The notes under the pieces: model-generated
The model's input: only the letters and a program-made list of their open reading frames with translations
What the model was told of the DNA's origin: nothing
Databases searched by the model: none
Source of the DNA: an uncultured Actinomycetes bacterium
Lineage (GTDB): Bacteria > Actinomycetota > Thermoleophilia > Gaiellales > Gaiellaceae
Direction: 5' to 3'
Assembly (NCBI GenBank): GCA_963734825.1
Contig: CAVTIQ010000004.1
Coordinates: 28,535 to 92,534, forward strand
Length of the DNA: 64,000 nucleotides
Made by a program: the position numbers and the translations under genes
In this document: positions 18,964-27,999 of the stretch, in pieces
Numbering within the stretch: the first letter of the stretch is position 1
How the letters are laid out: each line of letters opens with the position of its first letter

Positions 18964-18984
18964 TCTGACGGCCGATCGCGAGTC

Positions 18985-19680
18985 CTACGCGACGGCGGCT
19001 CTCTCGGTACGTCCCACGAGGTAGCCCCAGACGGCTCCGCCGATCACTCCGCCTGCGAGGGGGCCGATGAGGTAGATCCAAACGTCGCCCCAGTCCTGGT
19101 TGTAGAGCACCGGATCGAGCGAGCGCGCGGGGTTGAACGAGCCACCCGATGCGGGCCCGACCGTGGTCGCTGCCGTGAAGATGAAGAGACCGATGAGGAG
19201 CGGCGCCATGACGCCCTTCCACGCCGCCCGCCCATCAGTGGCGACGGTGAGGATCACCATGACGAAGAGCGCTGTGGCGATGAGCTCGAGCACGAGCGCG
19301 GCCCAGTCGTCGATCCCGATGCCCGGGGTGGTATCGAGAGCGTCGGTCACCTGGCTCGTATAGACGAGCGCCATGACCAGCACCGCCACGAATCCGCCGA
19401 CGAGCTGCGCGATCCAGTACGGGATCACGTCGCGGCTCGGGAACTTCCCGGCGACGGCGAGACCGGCGCTGACCGCCGGGTTGAAGTGGCCGCCCGAGAG
19501 ATGGCCGAACGCCGTGATTGCAAGAGCGAGCCCGAGACCGAAGCCGAACGCGATCCCGAGCGGCCCGATCGCGTCCATACCGATGTCGGTGGATACGGCG
19601 ATCCCGCTGAAGCCGAGGAAGAAGAAGAGAAACGTTCCGACTGCTTCCGCCCCCAGGCGGACGCCGAGTGGCTGATCCAT
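18985..19680 (-). CDS. MIP-family channel (aquaporin/glycerol facilitator)
   Basis: Two NPA boxes (HFNPAVS and SFNPARS) and six TM segments. ATG at 19680 inside track ORF 18985..20079. Confidence 0.9.
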   Translation of the reverse strand: MDQPLGVRLGAEAVGTFLFFFLGFSGIAVSTDIGMDAIGPLGIAFGFGLGLALAITAFGHLSGGHFNPAVSAGLAVAGKFPSRDVIPYWIAQLVGGFVAVLVMALVYTSQVTDALDTTPGIGIDDWAALVLELIATALFVMVILTVATDGRAAWKGVMAPLLIGLFIFTAATTVGPASGGSFNPARSLDPVLYNQDWGDVWIYLIGPLAGGVIGGAVWGYLVGRTERAAVA

Positions 19681-19764
19681 TACCCAGTCCTCCTTCGTGT
19701 GTGCCGAAGCAGTGTTTTCGTTGCGAGGCGGCGGTCTCCTCGCGCGCGGGCCTAGGCTCCCTGC

Positions 19765-20775
19765 GTGAACGTCGGTCTCGTCGTCGCGGTCGGGCTCGCG
19801 TTTGCGTTCGCGTTCACGAACGGCTTCCACGACGCGTCGAACTCGATCGCGACCCTGGTCGCGACCCGGGCGGCGCGACCGATCTTCGCTCTGATGCTGG
19901 CAGCGGCCGGGAACTTCATCGGCCCTCTCCTCATCGGATCCGCGGTCGCGAACACCATCGCGGGAATCGCGAACGTCGATCCGGGTGACACGGTCGAGGT
20001 CTCGATCGCCGCGTTGCTCGCCGCAGTGGGCTGGAATTCCCTCACCTGGTATCGCGGCCTTCCGTCCAGCTCGAGCCACGCCCTCATCGGCGGCTTCATC
20101 GGGGCGGCGATCGCTGAGGCCGGGTTTGGCGCGGTCAACTGGGGCGGCTTCGACGGTTGGCGGCCCGTCGGCGTTTTCGGCGTGCTCGTCGCGCTCGCGG
20201 TCTCTCCCTTTCTCGGCGCGGCTGCCGCGTACGTCGTCCTGCGGCTACTCCGCGCGGCGCTCAGACGCGCCACGCGCCGGTTCCGGCAGCCGGTGCTCGA
20301 GGCGCAGTGGGTCACGTCCGGCGTGCTCGCGCTCAGCAACGGCGCGAACGATGCGCAGAAGACTGCCGGCGTCGTCGCGGCCGTGCTCCTGGCCGAGGGC
20401 GTGACGTCGTCGCTGGCTGCGCCGCTCTGGGCGGTCGTGGGTGCCGCCGCCGCGCTCACGCTCGGCACGACGCTCGGCGGCTGGCGGATCGCGCGAACGA
20501 TCGGCCGGAGGATCTACGACATACGGGCGCTCGACGGTCTCGCGAGCCAGGCGGGCGCTTCCTGCGTCGTCCTCGGAGCCTCGATCGCGGGAGCCCCGGT
20601 GTCGACGACACACGTCGTCGCATCGTCCGTCGTCGGCACCGGAGGCGGGCGGGGACGCTGGGGGCGCGTCCGTTGGGCGATCGTGCGGGAGATGGGGGTA
20701 GCCTGGGTGACCACGATTCCCGCTACCGCCCTGGTTGCGGCTGGTTTCCTCGGGCTCTGGAGAGTGATCTCGTGA
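19765..20775 (+). CDS. inorganic phosphate transporter, PiT (PHO4) family
   Basis: FAFAFTNGFHDASNSIAT and a second GANDAQKTAG repeat are the PiT signature pair. Confidence 0.9.
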   Translation: MNVGLVVAVGLAFAFAFTNGFHDASNSIATLVATRAARPIFALMLAAAGNFIGPLLIGSAVANTIAGIANVDPGDTVEVSIAALLAAVGWNSLTWYRGLPSSSSHALIGGFIGAAIAEAGFGAVNWGGFDGWRPVGVFGVLVALAVSPFLGAAAAYVVLRLLRAALRRATRRFRQPVLEAQWVTSGVLALSNGANDAQKTAGVVAAVLLAEGVTSSLAAPLWAVVGAAAALTLGTTLGGWRIARTIGRRIYDIRALDGLASQAGASCVVLGASIAGAPVSTTHVVASSVVGTGGGRGRWGRVRWAIVREMGVAWVTTIPATALVAAGFLGLWRVIS

Positions 20776-21383
20776 GGACGCGACGCTGGTTCCTTCCCGA
20801 CTCCCCCGATGTGATCGGGATGCTCCGGGAGCAGGCTTCGGTAGCGCTCGAGGGTGTGGACGCGCTCGTCGCGTGGGCGCGTGGCGACCAGTCGAAGGCC
20901 GGCGTCATTCGGGCGCTCGAGCACAAGGGCGACGAGCTCAAGCGCGAGCTGGAGACGGCGCTCACCACCGCCTTCACGACGCCGCTCGAGCCCGAGGACA
21001 TCTACACGCTGTCCCGAGGAATCGACTGGATCCTCAACCTGTCGAAGGACCTCGTGCGCGAAAGCGAGGTGATGGCGTGCCCTCCTGACGCTGCGCTCGC
21101 CGAGATGTGCCAGGCATTCGCGGACGCGGTGCACCTCCTGGGGGAAGCGATCGACTGCCTCGAGGCGAGATCCGGCGAGACGACCGACAAGGCGAACGCG
21201 GCACTCCACGCGGAGCGGCAGATCGAGAAGGTCTACCGGGATTCGATGGCGGCCCTCCTCGACCTCGACGACCTGCGCGAGGTGACCGCGCGGAGGGAGC
21301 TCTACCGACGCGTCGCCCGGATGGGCGAGGTCGTCGTCGAGGTGGCCGAGCGCGTCTGCTACGCGGTCGTCAAGGAAGGGTGA
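20772..21383 (+). CDS. DUF47 / PhoU-like phosphate-transport accessory protein
   Basis: FLPDSPDVIGMLREQAS...HKGDELKRELETAL...PLEPEDIYTLSRGIDWI. GTGA overlap with the PiT stop. Read from the 20157..21383 frame. Confidence 0.75.
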   Translation: MRTRRWFLPDSPDVIGMLREQASVALEGVDALVAWARGDQSKAGVIRALEHKGDELKRELETALTTAFTTPLEPEDIYTLSRGIDWILNLSKDLVRESEVMACPPDAALAEMCQAFADAVHLLGEAIDCLEARSGETTDKANAALHAERQIEKVYRDSMAALLDLDDLREVTARRELYRRVARMGEVVVEVAERVCYAVVKEG

Positions 21384-22048
21384 TATCGCTGGCACGGCTC
21401 GCCGTCGTTTCCGCCATGGTCGCCACGCTGGCTCTGGCGGCGCTGGTCCTGACGGCGCCAGGACACGGCGCGTCAGCGCCTGTCGTGTCGATCGCGCCGA
21501 TCGGGCCGTCGCTCCGCTCGGCGATGACAGGTGTGTCCTGGCGGCCCGGATGCCCCGTGGCGCTCCGCGATCTACGCGTCGTCACGGCTCGTCACGTCGG
21601 ATTCGACGGCCGGGTGCACACGGGACGCCTCATCGTCCACCGCGACGTCGCCGCCGACGTGGCGCGCGTGCTCCGCCGGCTCTACGCGGCGCGCTTCCCG
21701 ATCCGCCGCATGGTCCCGATCGATGCATACGGAGCGAGTGACTTTCGCTCGATCGAGGCCGACAACACCTCGGCGTTCAACTGTCGCTACGTGGACGGGA
21801 CGACCCGCTGGTCGGAGCACGCATACGGCCGTGCGGTCGACCTCAACCCGATCGAGAACCCGTATGTGAGCGGAGGAAGCACGTCTCATCGCGCGAGCGT
21901 CCCGTACGTCGACCGTACGCCTTGCCGCAAGGGCATGGCGTGTCCCGGCAACTCCGTGGTCAAGGCGTTCGCGGCGGTGGGCTGGGGGTGGGGCGGCGAC
22001 TGGTCCGGGGACAAGGACTACCAGCACTTCTCCGCCAGCGGCCGCTAG
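21380..22048 (+). CDS. secreted M15-family D-Ala-D-Ala carboxypeptidase/peptidase (VanY-like)
   Basis: N-terminal signal/TM LARLAVVSAMVATLALAALVL. SEHAYGRAVDLNP (HxxxxxxD) and DYQHF zinc-ligand motifs. GTG at 21380 overlaps the DUF47 stop. Confidence 0.7.
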   Translation: MISLARLAVVSAMVATLALAALVLTAPGHGASAPVVSIAPIGPSLRSAMTGVSWRPGCPVALRDLRVVTARHVGFDGRVHTGRLIVHRDVAADVARVLRRLYAARFPIRRMVPIDAYGASDFRSIEADNTSAFNCRYVDGTTRWSEHAYGRAVDLNPIENPYVSGGSTSHRASVPYVDRTPCRKGMACPGNSVVKAFAAVGWGWGGDWSGDKDYQHFSASGR

Positions 22049-22072
22049 AGCGGCTCGGCCCGACGACGTTCA

Positions 22073-22145
22073 AGCGGGCGGCCGGGTTCGAACCGGCGAC
22101 ATCCAGCTTGGAAGGCTGGCGCTCTACCAACTGAGCTACGCCCGC
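22073..22145 (-). tRNA. tRNA-Gly (anticodon TCC)
   Basis: Reverse complement folds as GCGGGCG-TA-GCTC..GAGC-CCAGC-CTTCCAA-GCTGG-..-GCCGG-TTCGAAC-CCGGC-CGCCCGC-T. 73 nt. Confidence 0.9.
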
Positions 22146-22164
22146 GTCCGGTTAGCGTAGCGCC

Positions 22165-22953
22165 GTGGACCCGTACGCGTGGTCGTGGAATCCCGAGGCC
22201 CTCGTCGTCGTCCCGCTCCTCACCCTCGCGTACCTCGTCGCGCTCCGGACCTACCCCGCGCCTCGGTGGCGGGTCGCCTGCTTCCTCGGCGCGATGGCAC
22301 TCGTGCTGGCCGTGAGCGCAACGCCGGTCCACACGCTGGCGATGCACTACCTCCTGACGGTTCATCTGCTGCAGAACGTCGTGCTCGCCGAGTGGGCGCC
22401 GCTGCTCGTCGTCCTCGGGCTTCCACCGGCGCTCGCCGCAGCCATGACGCGCTCCGCTCCGATGCGTGTCCTCACGCACCCGCTCGTCGCGCTTCCGCTC
22501 TGGCTCGCGAACTACATGGTCTGGCACCTGCCGTGGGTCTACGACGCGGCACTCGAGAACCCGAACACCGTGCTCCATCTCGAGCACGCGCTCTACTTCG
22601 TCACCGGCGTTCTCATGTGGTGGTGCGTCGTCCAGGACGCCCCGCACCGGCTGGGCGCGGGCGCCCGCGCCGGCTACGTCCTCGCCGCGTTCGTCCTGGG
22701 GAGCCCGATCGGTCTCGTGCTCGCGCTCGTCCCGAGCGCCATCTACGACTTCTACGTCCACGCCCATCACCGGGTGTGGGGACTCTCGGCGCTCGAGGAC
22801 CAGCAGATCGCGGGCGTCCTGATGTCCGTGGAGCAGGCAGCCGTGTTCTTCGCGGTCTTCGCGTTCTGGTTCCTGCGCTTCCTGGAAGACGAGGAGCGGC
22901 GAGCGGACGAGGACGGCCTCGACGCGCAGTACCCTCAGGGAACGCGCCCGTAG
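22165..22953 (+). CDS. ctaG: cytochrome c oxidase assembly protein CtaG (Caa3_CtaG membrane family)
   Basis: 262 aa polytopic protein. HYLLTVHLLQNVVLAEWAPLL...WHLPWVYDAAL...HLEHALYFVTGVLMWW fits the family. The stop TAG lies inside tRNA-Arg. Confidence 0.75.
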   Translation: MDPYAWSWNPEALVVVPLLTLAYLVALRTYPAPRWRVACFLGAMALVLAVSATPVHTLAMHYLLTVHLLQNVVLAEWAPLLVVLGLPPALAAAMTRSAPMRVLTHPLVALPLWLANYMVWHLPWVYDAALENPNTVLHLEHALYFVTGVLMWWCVVQDAPHRLGAGARAGYVLAAFVLGSPIGLVLALVPSAIYDFYVHAHHRVWGLSALEDQQIAGVLMSVEQAAVFFAVFAFWFLRFLEDEERRADEDGLDAQYPQGTRP

Positions 22954-23016
22954 CTCAGTGGACAGAGCGGCGGACTTCTAATCCGCGGGTCGGAGGTTCG
23001 AATCCTCCCGGGCGCA
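22944..23016 (+). tRNA. tRNA-Arg (anticodon TCT)
   Basis: GCGCCCG-TA-GCTC..GAGC-GCGGA-CTTCTAA-TCCGC-GGGTC-GGAGG-TTCGAAT-CCTCC-CGGGCGC-A. 73 nt. Confidence 0.9.
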
Positions 23017-23051
23017 CTGCCCTCGCGTCGCCTGGACTAACGTTGAGAGCC

Positions 23052-23955
23052 GTGACGGTCAGCAATCCCCAAGGCGGACTGTTCGCCCTCGGTACGGCGT
23101 CGCATGCCTATCTCGAGTTCGACGCCGACCCCGGCGCTGCGACGCGCGACCTGGTCGCTGCGATCTCGTCGCTGCGCGAGCCGAGGACGACCATGGGCGG
23201 CGTGAACTTCGTCGCGGCTTCCGGCCCGAGCTGTGGCGCGAGCTCATGCCTGCCGATGCGCCCGCCGGCCTCGCCGGCTTCAACGAGGACGTCGTCGGTG
23301 TGGACGGCTTCACGATGCCGGCGACCCAGCACGATGCTGTGCTCTGGCTCTCGGGGAGCGCGTACGACGTTGTGTTCGACGTCGGGCGGAGCGCGATCGT
23401 CGCGCTCGACGGGGTGGCCACGCTCGTCGCGGAGACGTCCAGCTGGCCGTACCGTCACGACCTCGACCTGACCGGGTTCATCGACGGGACCGAGAATCCG
23501 ACGCTCCTCGAGGCACCGCAGGTCGTGCTCGTTCCGGACGGCGAGCCTGGATCCAGTGGGACGGTCCTGCTGCTTCAGAAGTGGGCGCACGACGCGACCG
23601 CCTGGGAGTGCGTTGCCGGTCGACGAGCAGGAGCTCGTGATCGGCAGGCGGAAGATCGACAGCGAGGAGCTCGAGGACAAGCCGGACGACTCGCATGTCG
23701 CGAGCACGGATCAGGATCGGTTCGGCGACATCTTCCGCCGGAACACGCCGTACGGCACGATCGCCGACCACGGCACGATGTTCGTGGGGTTCTGCTCCAC
23801 GCGCGAGCCGCTGGCAGACGATGCTCGAGAGCATGGCGGGCCTGACCAGTGGCACACGCGATGCGTTGACGCGGTACACGACGCCGTTGAGCGGCGCCTA
23901 CTACTTCGTCCCGTCGGCCGAGGCGCTCATGCGCGCCGGCGACTCACTCGGCTGA
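23052..23955 (+). pseudogene. Dyp-type (YfeX/EfeB-like) peroxidase with three frameshifts
   Basis: Family sequence runs through frames 0, 2, 0, 1. Segments: VTVSNPQGGLFALGTASHAYLEFD...GGVNFVA | FRPELWRELMPA...GFIDGTENP...LLLQKWAHDATAWE | ALPVDEQELVIGRRKIDSEEL...SHVASTDQ...IFRRNTPYG...GTMFVGFCSTREPLA | MLESMAGLTSGTRDALTRYTTPLSGAYYFVPS. Jumps are at about 23217-23219, 23609 and 23811-23820. 904 nt = 903+1. Confidence 0.85.
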
Positions 23956-23993
23956 CGCGCTCAGAGTCCGTGAAGTACGCCCCTGGCCCCTCC

Positions 23994-24113
23994 CTTGGGG
24001 AGGAGCTGCTCATCAGCGAGACCACCGTGAAGACGCACGTGACGCACATCCTCTCGAAGCTCGAACTCCGGGATCGTGTGCAGGCGGTCGTGCTCGAGTA
24101 CCAGACCGGGCTC
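23994..24113 (+). pseudogene. orphan C-terminal LuxR/GerE helix-turn-helix remnant (NarL-type response-regulator tail)
   Basis: LGEELLISETTVKTHVTHILSKLELRDRVQAVVLEYQTGL is in frame with track ORF 23556..24167. No receiver domain or plausible start lies upstream; the Dyp gene ends at 23955. Confidence 0.5.
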
Positions 24114-24177
24114 GATCTCGGGCGACGCGTTGCGGTCAACCAGTCACGACGCAGCGTGACTGCTTGAACGCCGCACG

Positions 24178-24250
24178 TCTCGGATCGCTGAAAGGCGGAG
24201 CAGGCGGACGTCTAATCCGCGGGTCGCAGGTTCGAATCCTGCCGGGCGCA
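24178..24250 (+). pseudogene. degenerate copy of tRNA-Arg(TCT); the 3' 48 nt are conserved and the 5' part is eroded
   Basis: 24203-24250 matches 22969-23016 at 45/48 positions. Two of the three differences are a compensatory G:C to C:G swap in the T stem. The 5' acceptor strand (TCTCGGA) cannot pair with CGGGCGC, and position 33 is G. Confidence 0.7.
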
Positions 24251-24427
24251 TCCCTGTATCGGCCCCGATTTCAAACGAATTGCCCGCAAATGAGCCGCAC
24301 TTTGCCGCGAGCACGGTTGCTGAGCCGGCGTGCTCGAGCCCACTGAGGTCGCACGGGTCTCAGCAGGGTCGGCCGGCGCCTCGACCCATCGCCGAACCCG
24401 CCACCCCGAGGCAGTTGCCGCGCTGGT

Positions 24428-27329
24428 CTACGGCGCGCGGTCGGCGCGCTCGACGACGCGCGCCACTTCCACGCGCGATGCGACGCCGAGCTTGCGGAAG
24501 GTGTTGCGCAGGTGGGTTTCGACCGTCTTCGAGCTGAGAAAGAGCTCGGCCGCGATCTGAGGGTTGGTCTTTCGGTCGACGACGAGTCGAGCGATCTGAA
24601 GCTCGCGCTCGGTGAGCGACTCGACGCCTGATCCATCTGCCTTGCCCGGGCGGGTGCGCCGGTGGACCGACCGTCCGAGCTTCCGGAGCTCCCGTTCGGC
24701 CTGCTGTCGATAGCGGTGCGAGCCGAAGGACTCGAACGCCGCCGCAGCGAGCTCCAGCTCGGCCGCTGCGCGATCAGGCTCGGCCGCCTCGGCGAGCGCT
24801 TGACCGGCGATCAGCCGCGACGTTGCGGCGTCGAAGACGTTCCCGACCTCCTCGAGCGCCGCTGCAGCGCTCAGCGCCCGCTCGGCCGCGGCCGACGGCT
24901 CGCCGTCGTCGAGATCGAGCGCCGCGGCGGCGAGGGCTGCCATCGCGCCCGCCATCGGGAGACCCACGGTCTCGGCGCAGACCTGCGCAGCCGCTGCGGC
25001 GTGCTCGGCTTCGTCGCGCCGACCCGCCGCGAGGAAAGCAGCGGGTGAGAAGCTCGAGGTACCTGGCCCGCCAACCTCCTCCGATCAACCGCAGCTCGTT
25101 CCCGCCGGCGAACTCCACGAACAACTCGGCACACCGCTCTGGGTGGCCCGTCTCGAGTCGTGCGTAGGCCAGTGCGACCGCCGCGTGCGCAGGGACTGGA
25201 CCGGGGTCGAGCTGCTGCGCGAGATCGAACGCCTCTACTGCGGTCGCGAGCGCCAGGTCGATGTCACCGGCAGCGAACGCTGCGTAGGAGCGGTTGAAGA
25301 GGTTCCAGGCGAGCCCTTGCGGGTTGTCGACCAGACGCGCGGCTGCGATCGCGCCGTCGAGCACCTCGCCTGCCTCCGCCATCCGGCCTCGAACCCAGAG
25401 GCTGCCTCCGAGCATGGGGACGATGAGCGGGAAGAGATCGCCCTTTCCGATGGTACGGCCGATCCTCAGCGCGCGCTCGGCGTGAGACCCTGCCCCTGCG
25501 AAGTTCTCGAGGTAGAACTCGGCCGTGGCCTGATGCGCGAGCGCGTCGAGCCGACCGCCGATTTCGTCGTCCGCGAGACCGTCAATGAGCACGGCGGCGT
25601 CGGCGGAATATCTCAGCCCCTCAGCCGCGCGACCCCCAACCGCACTTGCGAGGGCACGTCCAGCGAGCGCCGCTGCGAGCAGCGCCTGATCGCCGAGCAG
25701 CTCGGCCGCGTCGACCGCCCGGCCAGCCCAGGTCCGCATCGCGTCGTAGTCGCCGCGGTAGAGGCTGTCACCGACGAGCTCGATCATCAGCTCGACACCT
25801 TCCGCGGAAGCGGGGTCTCGGAGCTCGGCGAGCGCAGCCTCGAGGTGGGCGTGCGCCTCGTTGTACCGGCCGAGGAGGTGCTCGACGCGCGCACACGCAG
25901 CGGTGAGGCGGACGCGCAACGACTCTGCCTCCTGCGGGACGATGGTCATGCTCTCGAGGAGTGCTGCGTGGCTCTCCCCGAGCTGGCCGGTGGCGGCGAG
26001 CGCCTCGGAACGGGCCAGCAGCAGCTCGACGCGCCGGTCGCCCGGCGCAGCCGCCGGGAGGAGACGGAGGGCGGCCGCGAACCATCGCGCAGCGCTCGCG
26101 GGCGCACGGGGGGCCGCCGCCAATCCAGCCTCGCGCAGCAGCGCAACCGCGGCCTCGTCGCCCTGACGCGCGGAGCGTTCGACGTGGTGCGCGATCGCCG
26201 AGGTCAGTGAACCTCGGCGGGCAAGAGCGTCGGCGCAGCGCTCGTGCGCACCGAGCCGCCAGCCGCCGGGCATCGACTCATACACCGCGCGGCGCACGAG
26301 CGGATGTCGGAACCGGAAACGCCGGGGAACGTCCGTCGGGCGGACGAGATCCAGGCGCAGCAGCTCGTCGAGCGCGTCGATCGCTGGAGCCTCGGCGGTG
26401 CTGGCGGCCGCTGCGGCCAGCTCGGGGTCGAAGGGGTCTCCCGCGACGGCGGCGCCCTCGAGGATGAGGCGTGCCTGCTCGGAGAGCAGAGCGAGCTCCT
26501 CAGTGAGCGCGGCGGCGACTGCAGCGGGTACGTCAACGCCTGCGAGCGCAGGCTCGTCGGGCGGTGCAGGCATGTCGGAACGGCTGGCCGACCGTGCGAG
26601 CTGCTCGAGGTAGAAGGGATTGCCGCCGCTGTCTTCGTAGAGGCTGGTTGCGTCCATTCGGTCGCCGATCAGCTCGCGGGCGTCCTCGGGGCTCAGCGCC
26701 CTCAGTTCAATGCGCACGATCGTGCCGGCGCGGTGCGCCCGTTCAACCGCAGAGCTGAGCCGCTCGCCCATCTGTCGCGGCCGCACCGCCATCGCGATGA
26801 ATACTCGAGCCGCGGGCGGTCGATGGAGGAGCGCACTGAGCAGCTCGACCGACGCCGAATCTGCCCAGTGGACGTCGTCGAGCACGAGTACCAGCGGCTG
26901 GGTCTGCGCGAGTGTCTCGAGCAGTGTGCAAACGGCGCGGTGGCTGCGGTAGCGCTCGTGCTGGATCGCCGTCCTGCGCCCGATCGCGAGGCTTGCCAAT
27001 GATGGGAAGACGGTCGCGAGTTCTGCGCGTACATCACCGTCGAGGCCGTCGAGGCGCTGCGGGTCGAGGCCGTGGACGTACTCGTCGAGCGCGTCGACGA
27101 AGACCCAGAACGGCAAGTCGAGCTCGAGCTCCCCGGCCCGCCCCGAGAGGACGAGGTACCCGCGCGCGTCGGCACGGGCGGCAAGCTCGGCGAGGAGGCG
27201 CGTCTTGCCGATTCCCGGCTCGCCGACCAACTCGAGCGCCGCGGATTCTCCCCCGCCGACTTGGGCGAGGAGACGGTCGACCGAATCGACCTCTGACGCG
27301 CGTCCGACGAGGTGGGTGGCAAGTGTCAT
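24428..27329 (-). pseudogene. LAL/MalT-type large ATP-binding LuxR-family regulator, one frameshift near 25040
   Basis: N-terminus LELVGEPGIGKTRLLAEL (P-loop), a long TPR-like middle, and a C-terminal LTERELQIARLVVDRKTNPQIAAELFLSSKTVETHLRNTFRKLGV (LuxR HTH) in a different frame (track ORFs 24774..27329 and 24428..24967). The hand-read joining frame gives ...YLELLTR|AFLAAGRRDEAEHAAAAAQVCAETVGLPMAG. 2902 nt = 2901+1. Confidence 0.85.
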
Positions 27330-27354
27330 CTGTGGCTTTCGGATTCACCCTAGA

Positions 27355-27396
27355 TCAGGGCTGGTGGATCGAGAAATCAGGGTGGCCGATTCAGGG
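27355..27396. promoter_or_regulatory. three direct TCAGGG(Y)(K)G repeats in the divergent LAL / small-protein intergenic region
   Basis: gATCAGGGCTGG (27355), aATCAGGGTGGC (27377), aTTCAGGGTGCC (27391), all inside the 113-nt gap between 27329 and 27443. Confidence 0.3.
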
Positions 27397-27442
27397 TGCC
27401 CGCCCGATGTGGGGCCGACGGCTCCGCGGCATTGTCGGACAC

Positions 27443-27685
27443 ATGCCCAGCTACCTGCTTCACCACCACCACGAGCCGAACGAGTGCGGCGTTGCCTTCG
27501 CCGCCTTCCGCGGCTTCGAGAGCCCGCTTCGTCACAAGGGCGCGCTGGCCTCCTGCCATTCCGGCGGCCATTCGATGTGGTGGACGGTGGACGCCTCAAG
27601 CGAGGAGAACGCGCTCGCGCAGTTGCCCTACTTCGTCGCCGAGCGCACAACGGCCGTCCCGGTCAACGAGGTGCTGATCCCGTGA
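27443..27685 (+). CDS. small conserved hypothetical protein (80 aa), His/Cys-rich
   Basis: MPSYLLHHHHEPNECGVAFAAFRGFESPLRHKGALASCHSGGHSMWWTVDA...LPYFVAERTTAVPVNEVLIP. High GC3. Resembles a small actinobacterial protein family I recall only as hypothetical. Confidence 0.55.
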   Translation: MPSYLLHHHHEPNECGVAFAAFRGFESPLRHKGALASCHSGGHSMWWTVDASSEENALAQLPYFVAERTTAVPVNEVLIP

Positions 27686-27720
27686 CCGTCCGACGCAGCC
27701 GCAACCCAGAAGGAGGAGTC

Positions 27721-27999
27721 ATGAGCGCACCTTGTCAGCACGACACCTGGAGCGAGCTCGCGGTCCGCGAGAACGACGGCCTCGCGGTCTCGCTCTTCTG
27801 GAGCAAGGCAACTGACCGCGTGCGAGTCGTCGTCGTCGACCAGATGTTCAAGGAGGAGCTCCACGTCGACGTCCCCGCCGCGTGTGCCCTGGATGCCTAC
27901 TACCACCCGTTCGCCTATGCGGCCGGACGCGGACTCGAACCCAGTTACGGCATTTCCGAGCCCTCGACGCCTAGCCATCCCGAAAGGAGCGCAGCCTGA
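27721..27999 (+). CDS. small conserved hypothetical protein (92 aa)
   Basis: GAAGGAGGAGTC precedes ATG 27721. Product: MSAPCQHDTWSELAVRENDGLAVSLFWSKATDRVRVVVVDQMFKEELHVDVPAACALDAYYHPFAYAA... The stop overlaps the MFS ATG (TGATG). Confidence 0.55.
   Translation: MSAPCQHDTWSELAVRENDGLAVSLFWSKATDRVRVVVVDQMFKEELHVDVPAACALDAYYHPFAYAAGRGLEPSYGISEPSTPSHPERSAA

Noticed and set aside
19681-19764. Pho-box operator between the MIP channel and the PiT phosphate transporter
   Set aside because: I could not find direct GTTCACC-like repeats or any clear repeat structure in the 84-nt spacer.
24178-24250. A second functional tRNA-Arg gene
   Set aside because: The 5' acceptor strand TCTCGGA cannot pair with the 3' strand CGGGCGC, the D stem has a G-G mismatch, and G replaces the universal U33. 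I treat it as a pseudo-tRNA or att-like remnant.
22900-24430. Integrase or transposase marking a mobile element at the tRNA-Arg locus (also checked at the tRNA-Pro, tRNA-Gly and tRNA-His loci)
   Set aside because: No tyrosine/serine recombinase or DDE transposase motifs appear in any frame near the four tRNAs. Only the repeat scar and the decayed genes are present, so no mobile_element feature was called.
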